Notes: generated by a model not told the origin, from the sequence alone. Shown: positions 49,126 through 61,845, numbered from the stretch's first letter. The stretch: DNA of 64,000 nt from Oculina patagonica (GCF_052425735.1 NC_135768.1:16678001-16742000), one strand, 5' to 3'. Made by a program: numbers and translations.

Positions 49126-50036
49126 ATAGTTGAAATTCAAAATTTTGAAATTTTTTGATTTGGTTAATTAATTCTTAGAAATTCAGAATTCAATATCAGC
49201 TAGTCAAATTTTGAAGATTTAACAGGCAAAATATTAAAAAAATAACGTTTGGCAACACACTCACTTAATTGGCAGACCCACTTCTTGTCGTCGTAAAATA
49301 ACTTAGGCGTCGAATGTCGCCGAATGTCTTACATTTACCTCAGAGCTAGTCTTTGCTGCATATTAAAGATGGCTTAAATTTTAAATTGAAAAAAAAATCG
49401 TTGCACCTGTCAGCTGTAATGGACAGTAGCCTAATTGCATGTTAACGATCAACCTTAAGTTATTGTTAGAACTATCGTGTTAAAGAAAACATCTCGCAAG
49501 CTGAACCAATAAACTATTTGACCACAACCACAGGGGTAATATATTTTGTGACACGGCGGTGATTTCTCGTGTTAATGCACGAATGGAAATGCCTAATGCT
49601 TTGTTTAGTAGCAACTATTTTTACTGGATATAAAATTTCTTCGGCTGCCCCGAATTATTCCTGATCCCTCACAGAAGATGTATGCCCCTCTTGCTTTTGC
49701 ATGTATAATTTACATTCTGAATATCAATGTCAACCCGCGTTCGTCTCAAGAAGTCGGTTTTTAAATGCAGGGGTAAATAATGTGACAGACATCATTCTTA
49801 CGCAGTCTCCTTTATGAGTAAAACTGCAATCAGTTATTACTCACAGGATGTTTATTTGACACAACAGCGATTTTATATTTCCTCTGTTATCGCATTGAGC
49901 TTAAGGGAAGAGAATAATATTTGTACAGCTTTTGGACCATTAGAACTCAAAAACATTGTGCTACAATTTCAAAACATAAGAAAAGACTTTCGAAGAGTGC
50001 CAACGAATCAAATTAAACCGATTATTTTTAGGGAAG

Positions 50037-50891
50037 ATGGGAAATAATTCTCGTCCTGATACTATTGTTATCATAAACTGCGCACTGAATGTACCTCTGA
50101 TGCTCATATCCATTATTGGAAACACTCTGGTGCTAGCAGTCTTATTGAGAACTCCTTCGCTTCGTTCACCGTCCATTGTGTTCTTATGCAGTCTGGCTGT
50201 ATCAGACCTTCTAGTTGGACTTATCGTACAACCGGTTTACATTGCTCGCGTATTCACCGCTGATTCGCTGTTCAAGATAAGTGATACTGTAGCTTTTGCT
50301 GCATGTGGTGTTTCGCTCTTAACAATGGCGGCCATCAGTGTGGATCGGTTCTTGGCTCTTCATTATCACATGCGGTATCCGAACGTAATGACAACATATC
50401 GTGCTATGTATATATCGGCAATTCTTTGGTTGGTCAGCTTTCTGCTGTCTTTTTTACCGTTTTGGAACATGAATGTTTATTATTTTGTCGTAGCCTTTTG
50501 TATAGTCGTTTGTCTTTTACTGTCCTCTATTTGTTACATCAGAATTTATCGAATAGTTCGTCAGCATCAGTTACAAATTCACGTTCAACAACTGGTCGTG
50601 GGACGTTTAAACACTGAAAATAGTCAGAACATGCAGCGATCGACGAAAAGTGCCAAAAACACATTTATATATTACACTGTGATGATTCTGTGTTATACCC
50701 CAGTGTTTATTGCCATGTCGATTATAGTTATCTCGCCTCATCACTGGACAAAAGCTTGGGACTTTACTGATACTGTAGCATTTATGAACTCCTCCATTAA
50801 TCAATTTTTGTATTGCTGGTGTCTTCGTGAGCTTCGAACGGCAGTTTCAAAGACAGTAAAGATGTTTTGTAAACATGCAGAGGAAAACTAA
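50037..50891 (+). CDS. Intronless class A GPCR, 284 aa, with NPxxY altered to NQFLY
   Basis: Complete ORF; closest to 39841 and 58545; P7.50>Q and WR>WC. Confidence 0.85.
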   Translation: MGNNSRPDTIVIINCALNVPLMLISIIGNTLVLAVLLRTPSLRSPSIVFLCSLAVSDLLVGLIVQPVYIARVFTADSLFKISDTVAFAACGVSLLTMAAISVDRFLALHYHMRYPNVMTTYRAMYISAILWLVSFLLSFLPFWNMNVYYFVVAFCIVVCLLLSSICYIRIYRIVRQHQLQIHVQQLVVGRLNTENSQNMQRSTKSAKNTFIYYTVMILCYTPVFIAMSIIVISPHHWTKAWDFTDTVAFMNSSINQFLYCWCLRELRTAVSKTVKMFCKHAEEN

Positions 50892-52651
50892 AGGTAATGA
50901 AAACAGCATACTGACCATTATTGCAGAGGAAAGGCCAAGGCAACATTTGAAAAATAATAAAAGATAAAAATGGCCCAACTGTAGAAGCTTTCAAGTTTGG
51001 TAAACGAAAAAAAAAAAACTAGTCAGCATGATTCACTTGAAACTCGCTTCCATTTTATGAATCGTTGTCAAAAAGAATAATTACTACTTTACAGGATATC
51101 TAAGAAGACATAAATGCTGATCCAATGTGTTAAGTTGTTCAAAAACTTGTGGATATTAATTCTGCTCAAGGAAGTACTGACAAGCAATAATAAGTGATAA
51201 CGTTTAGTATTTTAGTTTATTTTTTTTATGATTCCTTTGCAAACTTCCTGAATGCTAAAATATCTTTCTTTTAATTTACGTTTGTCGCGCGTAGTTCACA
51301 TGCATGTTCAATTAAAAAACGTATCAACTGGTATCACCTGCAGATTTATTCTTTCTGACGATAGAATACTTGCTCTGCAGTCCTAGGCCTGTTGAGTAGA
51401 GGCTTGCAACGTGAGAAATTTCAGTAGAAAACTTGGCAAAATGCAAGGAAACTTGTCAAAAACCTGCCATGATAACCAAAAACGAATTTTTCAGTGCAAA
51501 ACAAATATTAGACCGGCAAAAATCGTTCTCATTGGCTGAATTTTACTTATTGGCCCTCTCAGCTGTCGCAGTAGTGAAATAATCCTCGGCTTATTTGCAT
51601 AATTTTAAAAGTGATAAACGGCGAAAAACGCGCACATTCCCGCAAATATGTAAAAAACGAAAGTAACAACCAGCTTATCGAATAAAGCTTTGTAAGAAGA
51701 AAATTGGAGGCAGTGCGGTTAAACTATATAATATCAAGGTAAACTAAATTGCGTAAACCCAATAAGATTGGAGAGTCTTGTTATTAATACATGTCTATAC
51801 ACTAGAATCCCAATATCTTTAAACTCCACGGAAACAAGTGCAAAAATTGATTCTATAAATCGAGGGTAGAACTACAGTGTTAAAGAGGGAATGAGTGGAC
51901 CCTAGTTGTTATTACCATTTCCCGCGAGAAGTTCCTTGAGGGCTAAGGCATTTCAGAAACAATACAAACAACGCGATTGGAGTCTGGTTCCCATTACCAG
52001 GTCCCCCGTGATCCTTGAGGGGCGAGGCATCATTTCATAAACGATATAGATAACCAGACGAGTGGACTCTGGTTGTCATTACCAGGACTCCAATAAAACA
52101 CCTTTTGAGTGGTGTGGAATAACGAAACAAAATATTGCTCAGCAGGTGAATATGAAGAGAAAATGTCAAAAATTAGTCATGAAAGCCAATTATACAAAAA
52201 AGCGAACACAACTTAGCAAATTATCTCAGACGAGTCTCACTTTTAAAAACGTTTCGTTAAGGTATATTGAATAGATCTTTCCGATTAAAAGGTTTCAATC
52301 GTATGCGAACCATAAAATCATGTCAAAATGCATTTGGCATAAGAAGGCTTTCTTACTAGTTACACAGCCAACAGTTATTGATAGTCGAAACATTTGAAAA
52401 CATATGTCGCGTAGGCCTCTTTGTCTTACATTTAATTTTTGACTTTGACAGGCAGAAAGGTAATTTGAGACTTGTGCAAGATTTAATTTAATATATTTCT
52501 TGGGATATTGCATTGATTTTAGCAAAACATCTTTACATCTTTTTGGCCAAACTCTCAACAACACCGTGCTCAGCAACACCGTGCAACATTTCAAATCGTA
52601 CGATTGCGTGGGAAGATTGCAAACGAATAAGAAACGGACTACTTGGGGAAT

Positions 52652-53503
52652 ATGAGCAATAATTCTTATCCTGAAACTATTGTCATCACAAATGGAATAC
52701 TAAATGCGCCACTGATGCTCGTATCCATTATTGGCAACACTCTGGTGCTAGCTGCCATATTGAGAACTCCTTCGCTTCGTTCATCATCCATGATTTTACT
52801 TTGCAGTTTGGCTGTGTCAGACCTTCTAGTTGGGTTTGTCGTACAACCGCTTTACATTGCTTATAGACTAAAGGAAAATGGATCTAATGGTTCCCTGTAT
52901 CAAGCACTGACAAAAACGTCCTTATCTGCGTGCGGCGTTTCGCTTATGACAATGACAGTCATAAGTGTGGATCGGTTTTTGGCTCTTCATTATCACATGC
53001 GATATCAGAATTTGATGACTACCTTTCGTGCTTCATGTACATCAACAACCCTTTGGATCATAAGCTTTCTGTAATCACTCTTTTCTTTGTGGAAAACGAG
53101 TGTTTATTATTTTGCTATAGCGGCCACTATTATTATTTGCGTTTTAATTTCTACTGTTTGTTACATCAAAAATTATCGAATAGTTCGTCAGCATCAGTTG
53201 CAAATTCACGCCCAACAACAGGCTGTGGGAAGTTTAAACGCTGAAAACAATGAGAACATGCAACGATCGACCAAAAGTGCTAAAAACACTTTTATATATT
53301 ACATCTTGATGATTCTGTTTTATATGCCGGTGTTTATTGCAATGGCAATTTTATTTATTTCCCCCAATCACTGGACACATGCGTGGGCATTAGCAGAGAC
53401 TATAGCATTTATGAACTCGTCCATTAATCCATTTTTGTATTGCTGGCGCCTTCGCGAACTTCGAACGGAAGTCATCAAGACAGCAAGAAAGATGTTATGT
53501 TAA
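52652..53503 (+). pseudogene. GPCR with an in-frame stop in TM4 (TAA 53072-53074) and an early tail stop
   Basis: ORFs 52643 and 53087 are in the same frame; also RYP>RYQ and CYTP>FYMP. Confidence 0.88.
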
Positions 53504-54485
53504 CAGACAGAAGAAAGCTAGTCAACGTTGCGTTTTACGCAAGGCAGGTCGATGCTTCTTGGTTATGATACAAGCGACATTTAAATGGCTGATTAAGGTC
53601 TCTGAAATTAATCTTCGAAATTTTAAATTAGAACACAATTTAACTTTGACTGATTTAATCAGATGTTGGTTTGTTAAGTGTCACGTGATATACGGGAGGT
53701 GTAGGTAGCAAAAAAAAAAGAAGAAGATTGGCGCTTAAATTCAAGTTAGGGCTTAAATTCCCTTAACACAGTAAAGGCAAAATGCACAGTTAATTACCCA
53801 CTTTTTTAAATGCGGTGAAGGACAAGTTTAACCTGTCAAGATAAATGAAAATTTCATAATTCTCACACGGCGTTGAACCAGATCCCGTAATGCTTCCCAA
53901 AACACATACCTCTCAATAGGGACCGATAAATCCTGGGTTCATGCGATCGTGCATGCAAATATGGCGACAGAATGGACGAGTTGCCATGGAGCCTGGTTTC
54001 TCGTACCCAGGTCTCTTAAAACATTGTGCGTGAGGTGTGCCACCATTTCATAAACATTCTCGACTGCAGTGAACTAAAGAAAAAACGTCAAAAAATAGTC
54101 ATAGACACATCTCTAAAAGGGGACGATTGGAAAGTTTTTTATCGTATGTAATCCATTTCTATGTCAAATGTATTCGGCTAAACTAGTTTTTTTAATAGTT
54201 CATAAATGCAGGTGGTAGTTATCGATAATGAAAACATATGAAAACAGATGTTGCTTGCAAATTACGCATGTCCTTTTGTCCTTTTGAGAAACATTTAATT
54301 TATATCTTTGACATACAGCAAGCTACTTTGAAATGAAAGTAATAGAAAAATTTTAGACCTCTCAAGCTATCGTATTGAATTTATGCGTCCATCTATTTGC
54401 GAACAACACCTTGCTACAAGGTGGAAACGCATAGTGAAAGTGCTCGAAGGTAACAAATTTACCAGAAACCGAATACTCAGGTAAA

Positions 54486-55343
54486 ATGGGCAATAATTCT
54501 TGTCCTGAAACGATTGTTATCATCAACTGTGCGCTGAATACGCCATTGATGCTTATATCCATTATTGGCAACACTCTAGTGCTAGCCGCCATATTGAGAA
54601 CTCCTTCGCTTCGTTCACCGTCCATAACTTTTCTTTGCAGTCTAGCTGTTTCAGACCTTCTTGTTGGACTACTCGTGCAACCGATTTATATCGCGAATGA
54701 ACTTACAAATGATTTGCTGTACAACATAAGAAACGCTACGGCTTTTTTTGCGTGTGCTGTTTCGCTCTGTACAATAACAGCCATAAGTGTGGATCGGTTC
54801 TTGGCTCTTCATTATCACATGCGATATCCGAATTTGATGACTACACGTCGTGCTGTGTATATATCAGCAACTCTTTGGGTTATCAGCTTCCTGCTTTCAT
54901 TTTTAACTTTTTGGAACACGAGCGCTTATGGTTTCGCCGGAGCAGTTAGTATCGTCATTTGCCTTTTAATTACCACTGTTTGCTACATCAGAATCTACCG
55001 GATTGTTCGTCAGCATCAAATACAGATTCATGTTCAACAACAGGCTGTGGACAGTATAAATGCTGAAAATAATCAGAACATGCAGCAGTCGAAAAAAAGT
55101 GCTATAAATACTTTTATATATTATATTGTGATGGTCCTATGTTATACACCGTTGATTATTTTAATGACAATGTTAGGTCTGCCAAACATTCACTTAACAA
55201 CGTCGTGGATCTTCGCAGATACGGTGGCATTTATGAACTCGGCAATCAATCCCTTTTTGTATTGCTGGCGTTTTCGGGAGCTCCGAACGGCAGTTTTAAA
55301 CGCAGCGAGGGAAATGTTATGCAGAGAAACGCCAGAAAACTAG
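54486..55343 (+). CDS. Intronless class A GPCR (cluster family), 285 aa
   Basis: All motifs intact. Confidence 0.92.
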   Translation: MGNNSCPETIVIINCALNTPLMLISIIGNTLVLAAILRTPSLRSPSITFLCSLAVSDLLVGLLVQPIYIANELTNDLLYNIRNATAFFACAVSLCTITAISVDRFLALHYHMRYPNLMTTRRAVYISATLWVISFLLSFLTFWNTSAYGFAGAVSIVICLLITTVCYIRIYRIVRQHQIQIHVQQQAVDSINAENNQNMQQSKKSAINTFIYYIVMVLCYTPLIILMTMLGLPNIHLTTSWIFADTVAFMNSAINPFLYCWRFRELRTAVLNAAREMLCRETPEN

Positions 55344-55705
55344 AGTATGTTGGGTCTTAGTATCATTACCAACATTTGACTTTTTAACCGTTTCAAAGGT
55401 TGGACACTTCTACGCCGGTGACATTGGTTACTTTGCAAAATGTAATATGGCTGTTAAAGTATAAACCAAAGGTGAATTAATTTCAAAGGAGACTATAAAT
55501 GGCGAAGTCAACTTAGTCTGTCTAGTTTGATTGTGTAACTTAAGGTTATTTTTTTTAAGTGTCGGTAACATAAAGAGGTTTTTGTTTCATTTATTCATGC
55601 TAGCCGGTACTTGAATTTTCCAGTTATAGAAGACCAATATAAAATAGAATATTTATATTCACATTTCTGTAAAATGTTTTCCGCCAAATTTGTATACGTA
55701 TTTGG

Positions 55706-56420
55706 ACTACATGCTGTCCAATTTGGAAATAATTTGATGGAAAAAATTCCGAGGGCAGCCAAAATTGGACGAGGCCGTAGGCCGAGTCCAATTTGGCTGT
55801 CAGAGGAAAATTCAAGTAACGTAAACAATAAACTTATGTCCAGAACGGGAAAAGCATTCAACAATAGTAGGCATCACACAGCACATGCAACTCACGCAAA
55901 GCATTGTCTTCACAAATAAAACTTAAACAAAACGGTGCAATTTCATTCACCTAAGTTTGCGAAGCTTGCAACAAAGTGAGTGAAAACACTGCATCAATCA
56001 TTGAAAGTCGTAAACAAAGTGTCCGAAGAGCTTTACAACTTCTTGAATCTGACATACTCCTTTCCACTATCTCGTTTGTACTTCATCGCCGTCTTTCTTT
56101 TCGAATTTCAGCAAAAAACGACAAAGAATTGCATCTAGCTCATGGCGATGAATACCTGAGTGACAGATTTCTTGCTTCGCTTGGCTGCACTTACGTTCAC
56201 CCAAGTTTTGTACTATTGGAGGTGTTTTGCTCTTGGTTTTGCTTCTTAGTGTAGCTAGCTCCTCTTCTGACAACAAAGAAAATTTCTCTTTGTTGTTACT
56301 ATTGCTGAAAATCCCAAAAGTAATGGATAAACAATGCTAATTGGCTAATATCCGACACATGTTGTTTTTTCTTCGATTTGATTGGCTGAGACAAAACTGT
56401 CCAATTTTTCTCAAATTGGA
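55706..56420. mobile_element. Hairpin-bearing non-autonomous element at the inverted-duplication breakpoint
   Basis: CAGCCAAAATTGGAC-GAGGCCGTAGGCCGA-GTCCAATTTGGCTG hairpin; distal end GATTGGCTG..TGTCCAATTT..AAATTGGA. Confidence 0.55.
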
Positions 56421-58155
56421 ATTAAAATTGAATTAAATTGAATTGAAAGTGCAAGGTCTTAAAAATGCATCTGTTCTGTAAAGTTTTTTGGGCTTCTGGC
56501 TGGTATAAAAAATAGCAAAAAAAAATAGAACATACTATTGAGGAGAGAATTTGAGTCTCTTATAGGTTTGCCATCTTCGCACACTTTCGGTTAATAACGT
56601 TTCTCACCCATTAATTAAATTTAAATCCTTTAGTCGGTGTTTTTCATATTCGATTGAACTTAACCTGGCGTGCAGTAAATAATTGTTAACAAAGAAGCGT
56701 CCCTAATAAGGAAGCTAACAGATGTCCCCATAAGCCTGAAATATCATATGAACCGGCAAAAAAGAGTAGCACTTCTTAGACGAATATAAGTTGACATAAC
56801 AAGTGGTGCCTGGTGACAGATTCTTGAAATCAAGTGTTCTATTACTTCAAAATGTTTTTATAAAGGAAATGAAAGGTCGCTACGATGCTCGAAATTCAAA
56901 TTAAAGATGAGCCCGACGAACACGCCTCCTTTGTAAGTCAGTTTGCAAACATGTCTAAAGATGGTAATGTTTTAACCAGCTGGCAAAACTCACTTTCCAT
57001 AAATAATTCAAGTTACTAAATGCAGCGTGGGCTGGGTAAGTAATTTAACACATTAGGGGAGAAGTAAAAGTCTAAGTCCCCGGTGGAACAACAAAAATGT
57101 ATACCGCCTTGAATGTTTTTCAAGACAAAAATATTTTTTCCCTAATTTTCATGGCTACATTAAGACAGTGCCTTTTATCATACAGCTATCTCAATTAATG
57201 TTGGAGGGTCCGAGTTTTAAGGTTACGCGACAAGACCGAATAGTAGTATACATTTTTCTTAACTACTCCTTTCCCGAAATTTTAATGCAGTTCAGTTAAA
57301 TTCTTCCTTTAGTCATAAAACCGAACCTAAACATTATATGAACAAAGGACAAACCAAAAACAAAAGAATATATTCTAAATAAAACTAACTCACAACATTT
57401 ATTGACACCAGAGCATGGAGAATAAATTTAAATTTTAGTTTAAAATAAATTCTTAAACTGCAGCTAGTTTACTCTAACTAAACCAGCGTGAGGTCATGTA
57501 CTTGAAGTTTTAAATTGTAAAGAAAATTTATTAGCTGGCTTTATTTTAAGTAAATATAGATTTCAGTGCTGGCGACACCGTTGGTGATGTAATAATATAC
57601 AAGACCGTGCAGTCTATAGAAAACTTAAAAAAAGCTTTCGTTTGTCAGGTGACAAATATTTTACGTTACATTTTAATGGGGCTCTAAGAGAATATTTTTC
57701 TTCTCGACTCAGGAAAAAAAATTGACCTCATAGCTTCCAGTTGACAAAATCTTCATTTTCTTTCCTTCAAGTACATTCTCATCCGATTTTTTTCCTTTGT
57801 TTTAGTACAAACATTCCAAATTCTGGTAGTTTTTGAGAACTTATAGGAACTCATACATTATGTTTCATCCTGCTCCATCTCGAAATATTGAGATTCTCGG
57901 AAACATGTGTGTTAATAAGTGTTATGTTAATAAGTTCTATTTACTGCATGACAGTATCCCAGTGAAGATCTACAATAAGGTTGATAGCTACACCTGACGT
58001 CACATTTACTCCAAAAGGAAACCAAATAATGAATTAAAGATAATCTCCTCGTTTATATCAAATATTTAGTTTTCTGATTCGTTGATTCTCTGGCTCTCTT
58101 GGTTCTTTGGTTTTCTTGGTTCTTTAGGTTTTCTGGTGATGGCTATTTTTTTCTA

Positions 58156-58435
58156 AAATCTCGTACCCCGAGTATTCGTTCCACACTGCGCAAGCTTGAC
58201 GAAACGCGCGGCCCTCGAAAGTTCCGTTGCAGAATTGATCTTGATTGGTTTTAAAAACAATAAAAATGGCCGGAAGCAAAACACCAAAAAGTTCGTTGAC
58301 TGTCATTCTTTTGAAAACTAGGCATGCGATATTCAACCGGAAGTCCGATATTTTCGGACTTCCAATCAGAACTTTCCAGGGTCGCTCGTTGCCGACAGCT
58401 GGAAAAAGGGAACGAAGACCCTGGGTACGAGTTTG
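58156..58435. mobile_element. MITE, mirror copy of 40836-41135
   Basis: CTCGTACCCCGAGTATTCGTTC...GAACGAAGACCCTGGGTACGAG at the equivalent position downstream of the paralogous gene. Confidence 0.78.
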
Positions 58436-58544
58436 TTTTTGTTTTTGTTTTTTTCTAAAAACTGAACAGAAAAATTACGATTGGGTCTGATAAATATCTT
58501 TTTTTAACCTTGCCGCAATGATCAGTAGGCCGTTTTTATTGTCT

Positions 58545-59438
58545 TTAGTTTTCCTCTGCCTGTTTACAAGACACCTCCTTTACTGTCTTTGAAACTGCCG
58601 TTCGAAGCTCACGAAGACGCCAGCAATACAAAAATGGATTGATGGACGAGTTCATAAATGCTACAGTGTCAGTTAAGTTCCAAGCGCGTCTCCAGTGATG
58701 AGGCATGATAACTAAAATGGACATGGAAATAAACACCGGGGTATAACACAGAATCATCACAGCGTAATATATAAATGTGTTTTTGGCATTTTTCATCGAT
58801 CGATGCATGTTCTGATTATTTTCAGCATTTAAACTTTCCACAGCCTGTTGTTGAACGTGAATTTGCAACTGATGACGACGAACTATTTGATAAATTCTGA
58901 TGTAACAAACAGTAGAAAGTAGAAGGCAAACGATTATACTTAAGGCTATTACCAAATAGAAAACATCCAAGCCCCAAAAAGGTAAAAAAGACATCAGAAA
59001 GTTGACCAACCAAAGAGTTGCTGATATATACATTGCACGGTGTGTAGTCATCAGCATCGGATATTTCATGTGATAATGAAGAGCCAAGAACCGATCCACA
59101 CTTATGGCTGTTATTGTAGAAAGCGAAACACCACATGCAGCAAAGGCTACAGTATCACCTATCTTGTCCAGAAAATCAGCGGTGAATAAGCGACCAATGT
59201 AAACTGGTTGTACGACTAGGCCAACTAAAAGGTCTGATACAGCCAGGCTACATAAGAACACAATGGATGGTGAACGTAAAGAAGGAGTTCTCAATATGGT
59301 GGCTAGCACCAGAGAGTTGCCAATAATGGATATGGGCATCAGTGGAGCATTCAGTGCGCAGTTTATGATGACAATCGTTTCAGGACGAAAATTATTGCCC
59401 GTACTGCCGGAATTATAAGTCGCTGTTAAGTTTGTCAT
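58545..59438 (-). CDS. Intronless class A GPCR (cluster family), 297 aa from the ATG
   Basis: All motifs intact; ATG at 59438 (MTNLTATYNSG); inverted paralog of 39841. Confidence 0.92.
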   Translation of the reverse strand: MTNLTATYNSGSTGNNFRPETIVIINCALNAPLMPISIIGNSLVLATILRTPSLRSPSIVFLCSLAVSDLLVGLVVQPVYIGRLFTADFLDKIGDTVAFAACGVSLSTITAISVDRFLALHYHMKYPMLMTTHRAMYISATLWLVNFLMSFLPFWGLDVFYLVIALSIIVCLLLSTVCYIRIYQIVRRHQLQIHVQQQAVESLNAENNQNMHRSMKNAKNTFIYYAVMILCYTPVFISMSILVIMPHHWRRAWNLTDTVAFMNSSINPFLYCWRLRELRTAVSKTVKEVSCKQAEEN

Positions 59439-61165
59439 CTTCGCACACTCTCTTACGCTTTGAAAATGTCGCACGCGTTTTCGTATTTTTCTAAAATAAA
59501 CCTGCTGCAGTAGATGATGTGTATTAAGAAGGGTGCAACGTATGCTTCTCTAAGTCCCGACCATTAATTACATCAGAATGTATAAACGGTAAGAGAGACT
59601 AGTACTTCTTGAGACGGATATTTGTTGACATAAGAACATTAAGTAGCTGCTGACAGATGTTTACAATGAAGTGATCTTTTGCTTCAAAATGTTATTAACG
59701 GAAACGAAATGTCGCTATGATGCTCGAAATTTCAGAAATAGGCGGGATCAAAACGCCTCGAGCTCTTATGTAAGGTAGTTAGCAAACATGTCTAAGGATG
59801 GTAGTAAGTTAGGCAGCTGTTACTGAATGAAGCGTAAGTTGTGTAATACATTTAACACATTAAAAGCAAGAGTTGAAGTCTAAGTCGTTCCTTGAAAACA
59901 AGAAATACGTCATACCGCACCGCTTAAGGTTTTTCAAAATTGAAAATAATATTGATTGAGACATTTCCATTTTTTTTGTAGACAGCTATTTCAAATAACG
60001 CTGTCAGCTCAAATTAAATTTCCATCTTACGCGGCAAGGCCAAAAACTACAGGTTGTATGAGAAGTAGAGGGCTGCTAAACATCCGGATGGTAATTAAAA
60101 AAACATAATGACATGGCAAACCAACATGTCCTTTTTCGCTCTCCTCGGACGTGTGAAAGCTATGTACATTTAGCACAACTAATTTTTTTTGAGAAACTCA
60201 AAGCTAAAAACAGTCAAAGAAAAGATATAGAATAAAGCCTCAAACAAACATCCCCTACGTTTAAAAGTAAAAACTTGTAGTTTCCCTCTACACCGTTTTA
60301 ACTAAATCTTAAAATTTAAATTAGTTGCACGAGCGCTCTAAATGAGTACTTTTATGATTGATGGAAAGAATTATCCTCTCTTGTATCTTTTGTGGAGGAA
60401 AGTTGAAGGGACTGCTTCATGTCTCGGCGCATGTGCAAGCTATAACGTTGGCTTATTCGATCCATTGTTAAAGAAACACTCGGAAACATGCAGGCAACTC
60501 TTGCAGGAAAATTGCCTTGTTTTATTTCTTATTATAATTCCTTCTTCTTTTTTTTTACTCCGACTCTTGTATACTTTGTTACCGATCACTTGTATTACAG
60601 TAATCACAGGAATCTCGAATCCAAATTCTGTTTCGAACATTGATTGGCGCTTCTATTTTTATAAGATGAATGCATTCTTGAAATTGACTAACGGATTCAA
60701 ATTTCGAAAAAGCAATTCATTAATGTACTCTAGGGAAGGAGGGGGGGGGGATGTTTTTCTTGGCATGACTGTAAAAGCTCTACTTTTATTCGTCTAATCT
60801 GCACCTATTTTGATATAAGGGCTTGAGTCATTGTTTGTGTCGTTTGTCTATATTGTTACTTCTACTCAGTTATGAAGAACTTTTGCAAATAAGACAAGAA
60901 AATTATAAGTTTTATTCCATTATCTTAAATCTGTGTTAATGACAAGATGGTCGATCTCATCTCAATAGATATCGGGAAATAGGATCCTGAGTCTCTTCGT
61001 GTCCAATTATTAACGACAAATGCAAGGCTTAACTTTAGTCTATCGACTGAATGCTGGAACATGTTGAAGTATCAAAAACAAAATGAATTTCAGGATTTTT
61101 GCTTAGATATCATTTTAGTTTCCACTGAGGAGAAACTATGTGTCATCCCTTACTCCCTGGGTAAG

Positions 61166-61845
61166 CTAGTTTTCTTCCGTCTGTTTGAATAACATCTGCT
61201 TCGCTGTCTTAACAACGGCCGCTCGAAGCTCACGTATACGCCAACAATACAAAAATGGGTTGATGGACGAGTTCATAAATGCCACAGTATCGGCAAAATT
61301 CCACGCGCTTTTCCAGCGATTACGACAAACAACCAAAATTGACATGGTAATAAACAACGGTGCATAACATAGGATCATCACTATATGATATATAAAAGTG
61401 TTAATAGCACTTTTTTCGATCGCTGCATATTCTGATTATGTTCAGCATTTAAACATCCAACTGCCTGTTGTTGAACCTGAATTTGCAACTGATGAAGACG
61501 GACAATTCGATAAATTTTGATGTAAGAAATAGTAGAAACTAAACTAAACTGAAAATGCCATTGCATGTACCGTCTGATACAGTGAACGATTTCCCGTTAC
61601 TTCGTAAGTGATCCACAGCGGTTGCACGAGAAACCCAACGAGAAGGTCTGACACAGCCAAACTGCATAGCAAAACTGTGAACGGTGAACGAAGCGATGGA
61701 GTTCGCAATATGGCGGCCAGCACCAGAGTGTTGCCAATAATTGATATGGCTCATTTAGGACACAGTTAATGATGACAATAGTTTTAGGACGAAAGTCACT
61801 TTTGCCCATATCGCTTGAATTGTCAATTTGTGATTGGTTTGCCAT
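61166..61845 (-). pseudogene. GPCR pseudogene (TM3-TM5 deleted, frameshifts); inverted paralog of 37365
   Basis: MANQSQIDNSSDMGKSDF start; GCATTTTCAGTTT joined directly to TM5, apparently via a TTTCAGTTT microhomology; 3' end intact. Confidence 0.9.

Noticed and set aside
4552-54625. Recurrent antisense ORFs containing MDGERSEGVLNMAASTRVLP
   Set aside because: Reverse-complement shadows of the conserved TM1/ICL1 block
4237-59136. Recurrent alternative-frame ORFs beginning MWCF.. with HKCGSVLGSSLSHAIS (4237, 23643, 33916, 40143, 43064, 47780, 50303, 52930, 54752, 58822)
   Set aside because: Shifted-frame shadows of the conserved GPCR TM3-TM5 DNA (GCA TGT GGT GTT gives ATG TGG TGT); lengths vary and there is no independent coding evidence
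3909-59438. Assigning gene symbols such as MC1R/MC4R, ADORA or TAAR
   Set aside because: Only generic class A motifs are shared; no orthology or ligand-binding residues can be supported from the sequence
37278-59474. Longer N-termini from TTG/GTG starts in the ORF track (37278, 39805, 42747, 52643, 59474)
   Set aside because: Non-ATG starts are an artefact of the ORF caller in a eukaryote; the first in-frame ATG matching the family leader was used instead
60342-60797. 151-aa ORF, and similar intergenic ORFs at 9483, 17631, 24754 and 62362
   Set aside because: Low-complexity F/L/K-rich translations of AT-rich or repeat DNA with no recognisable domain
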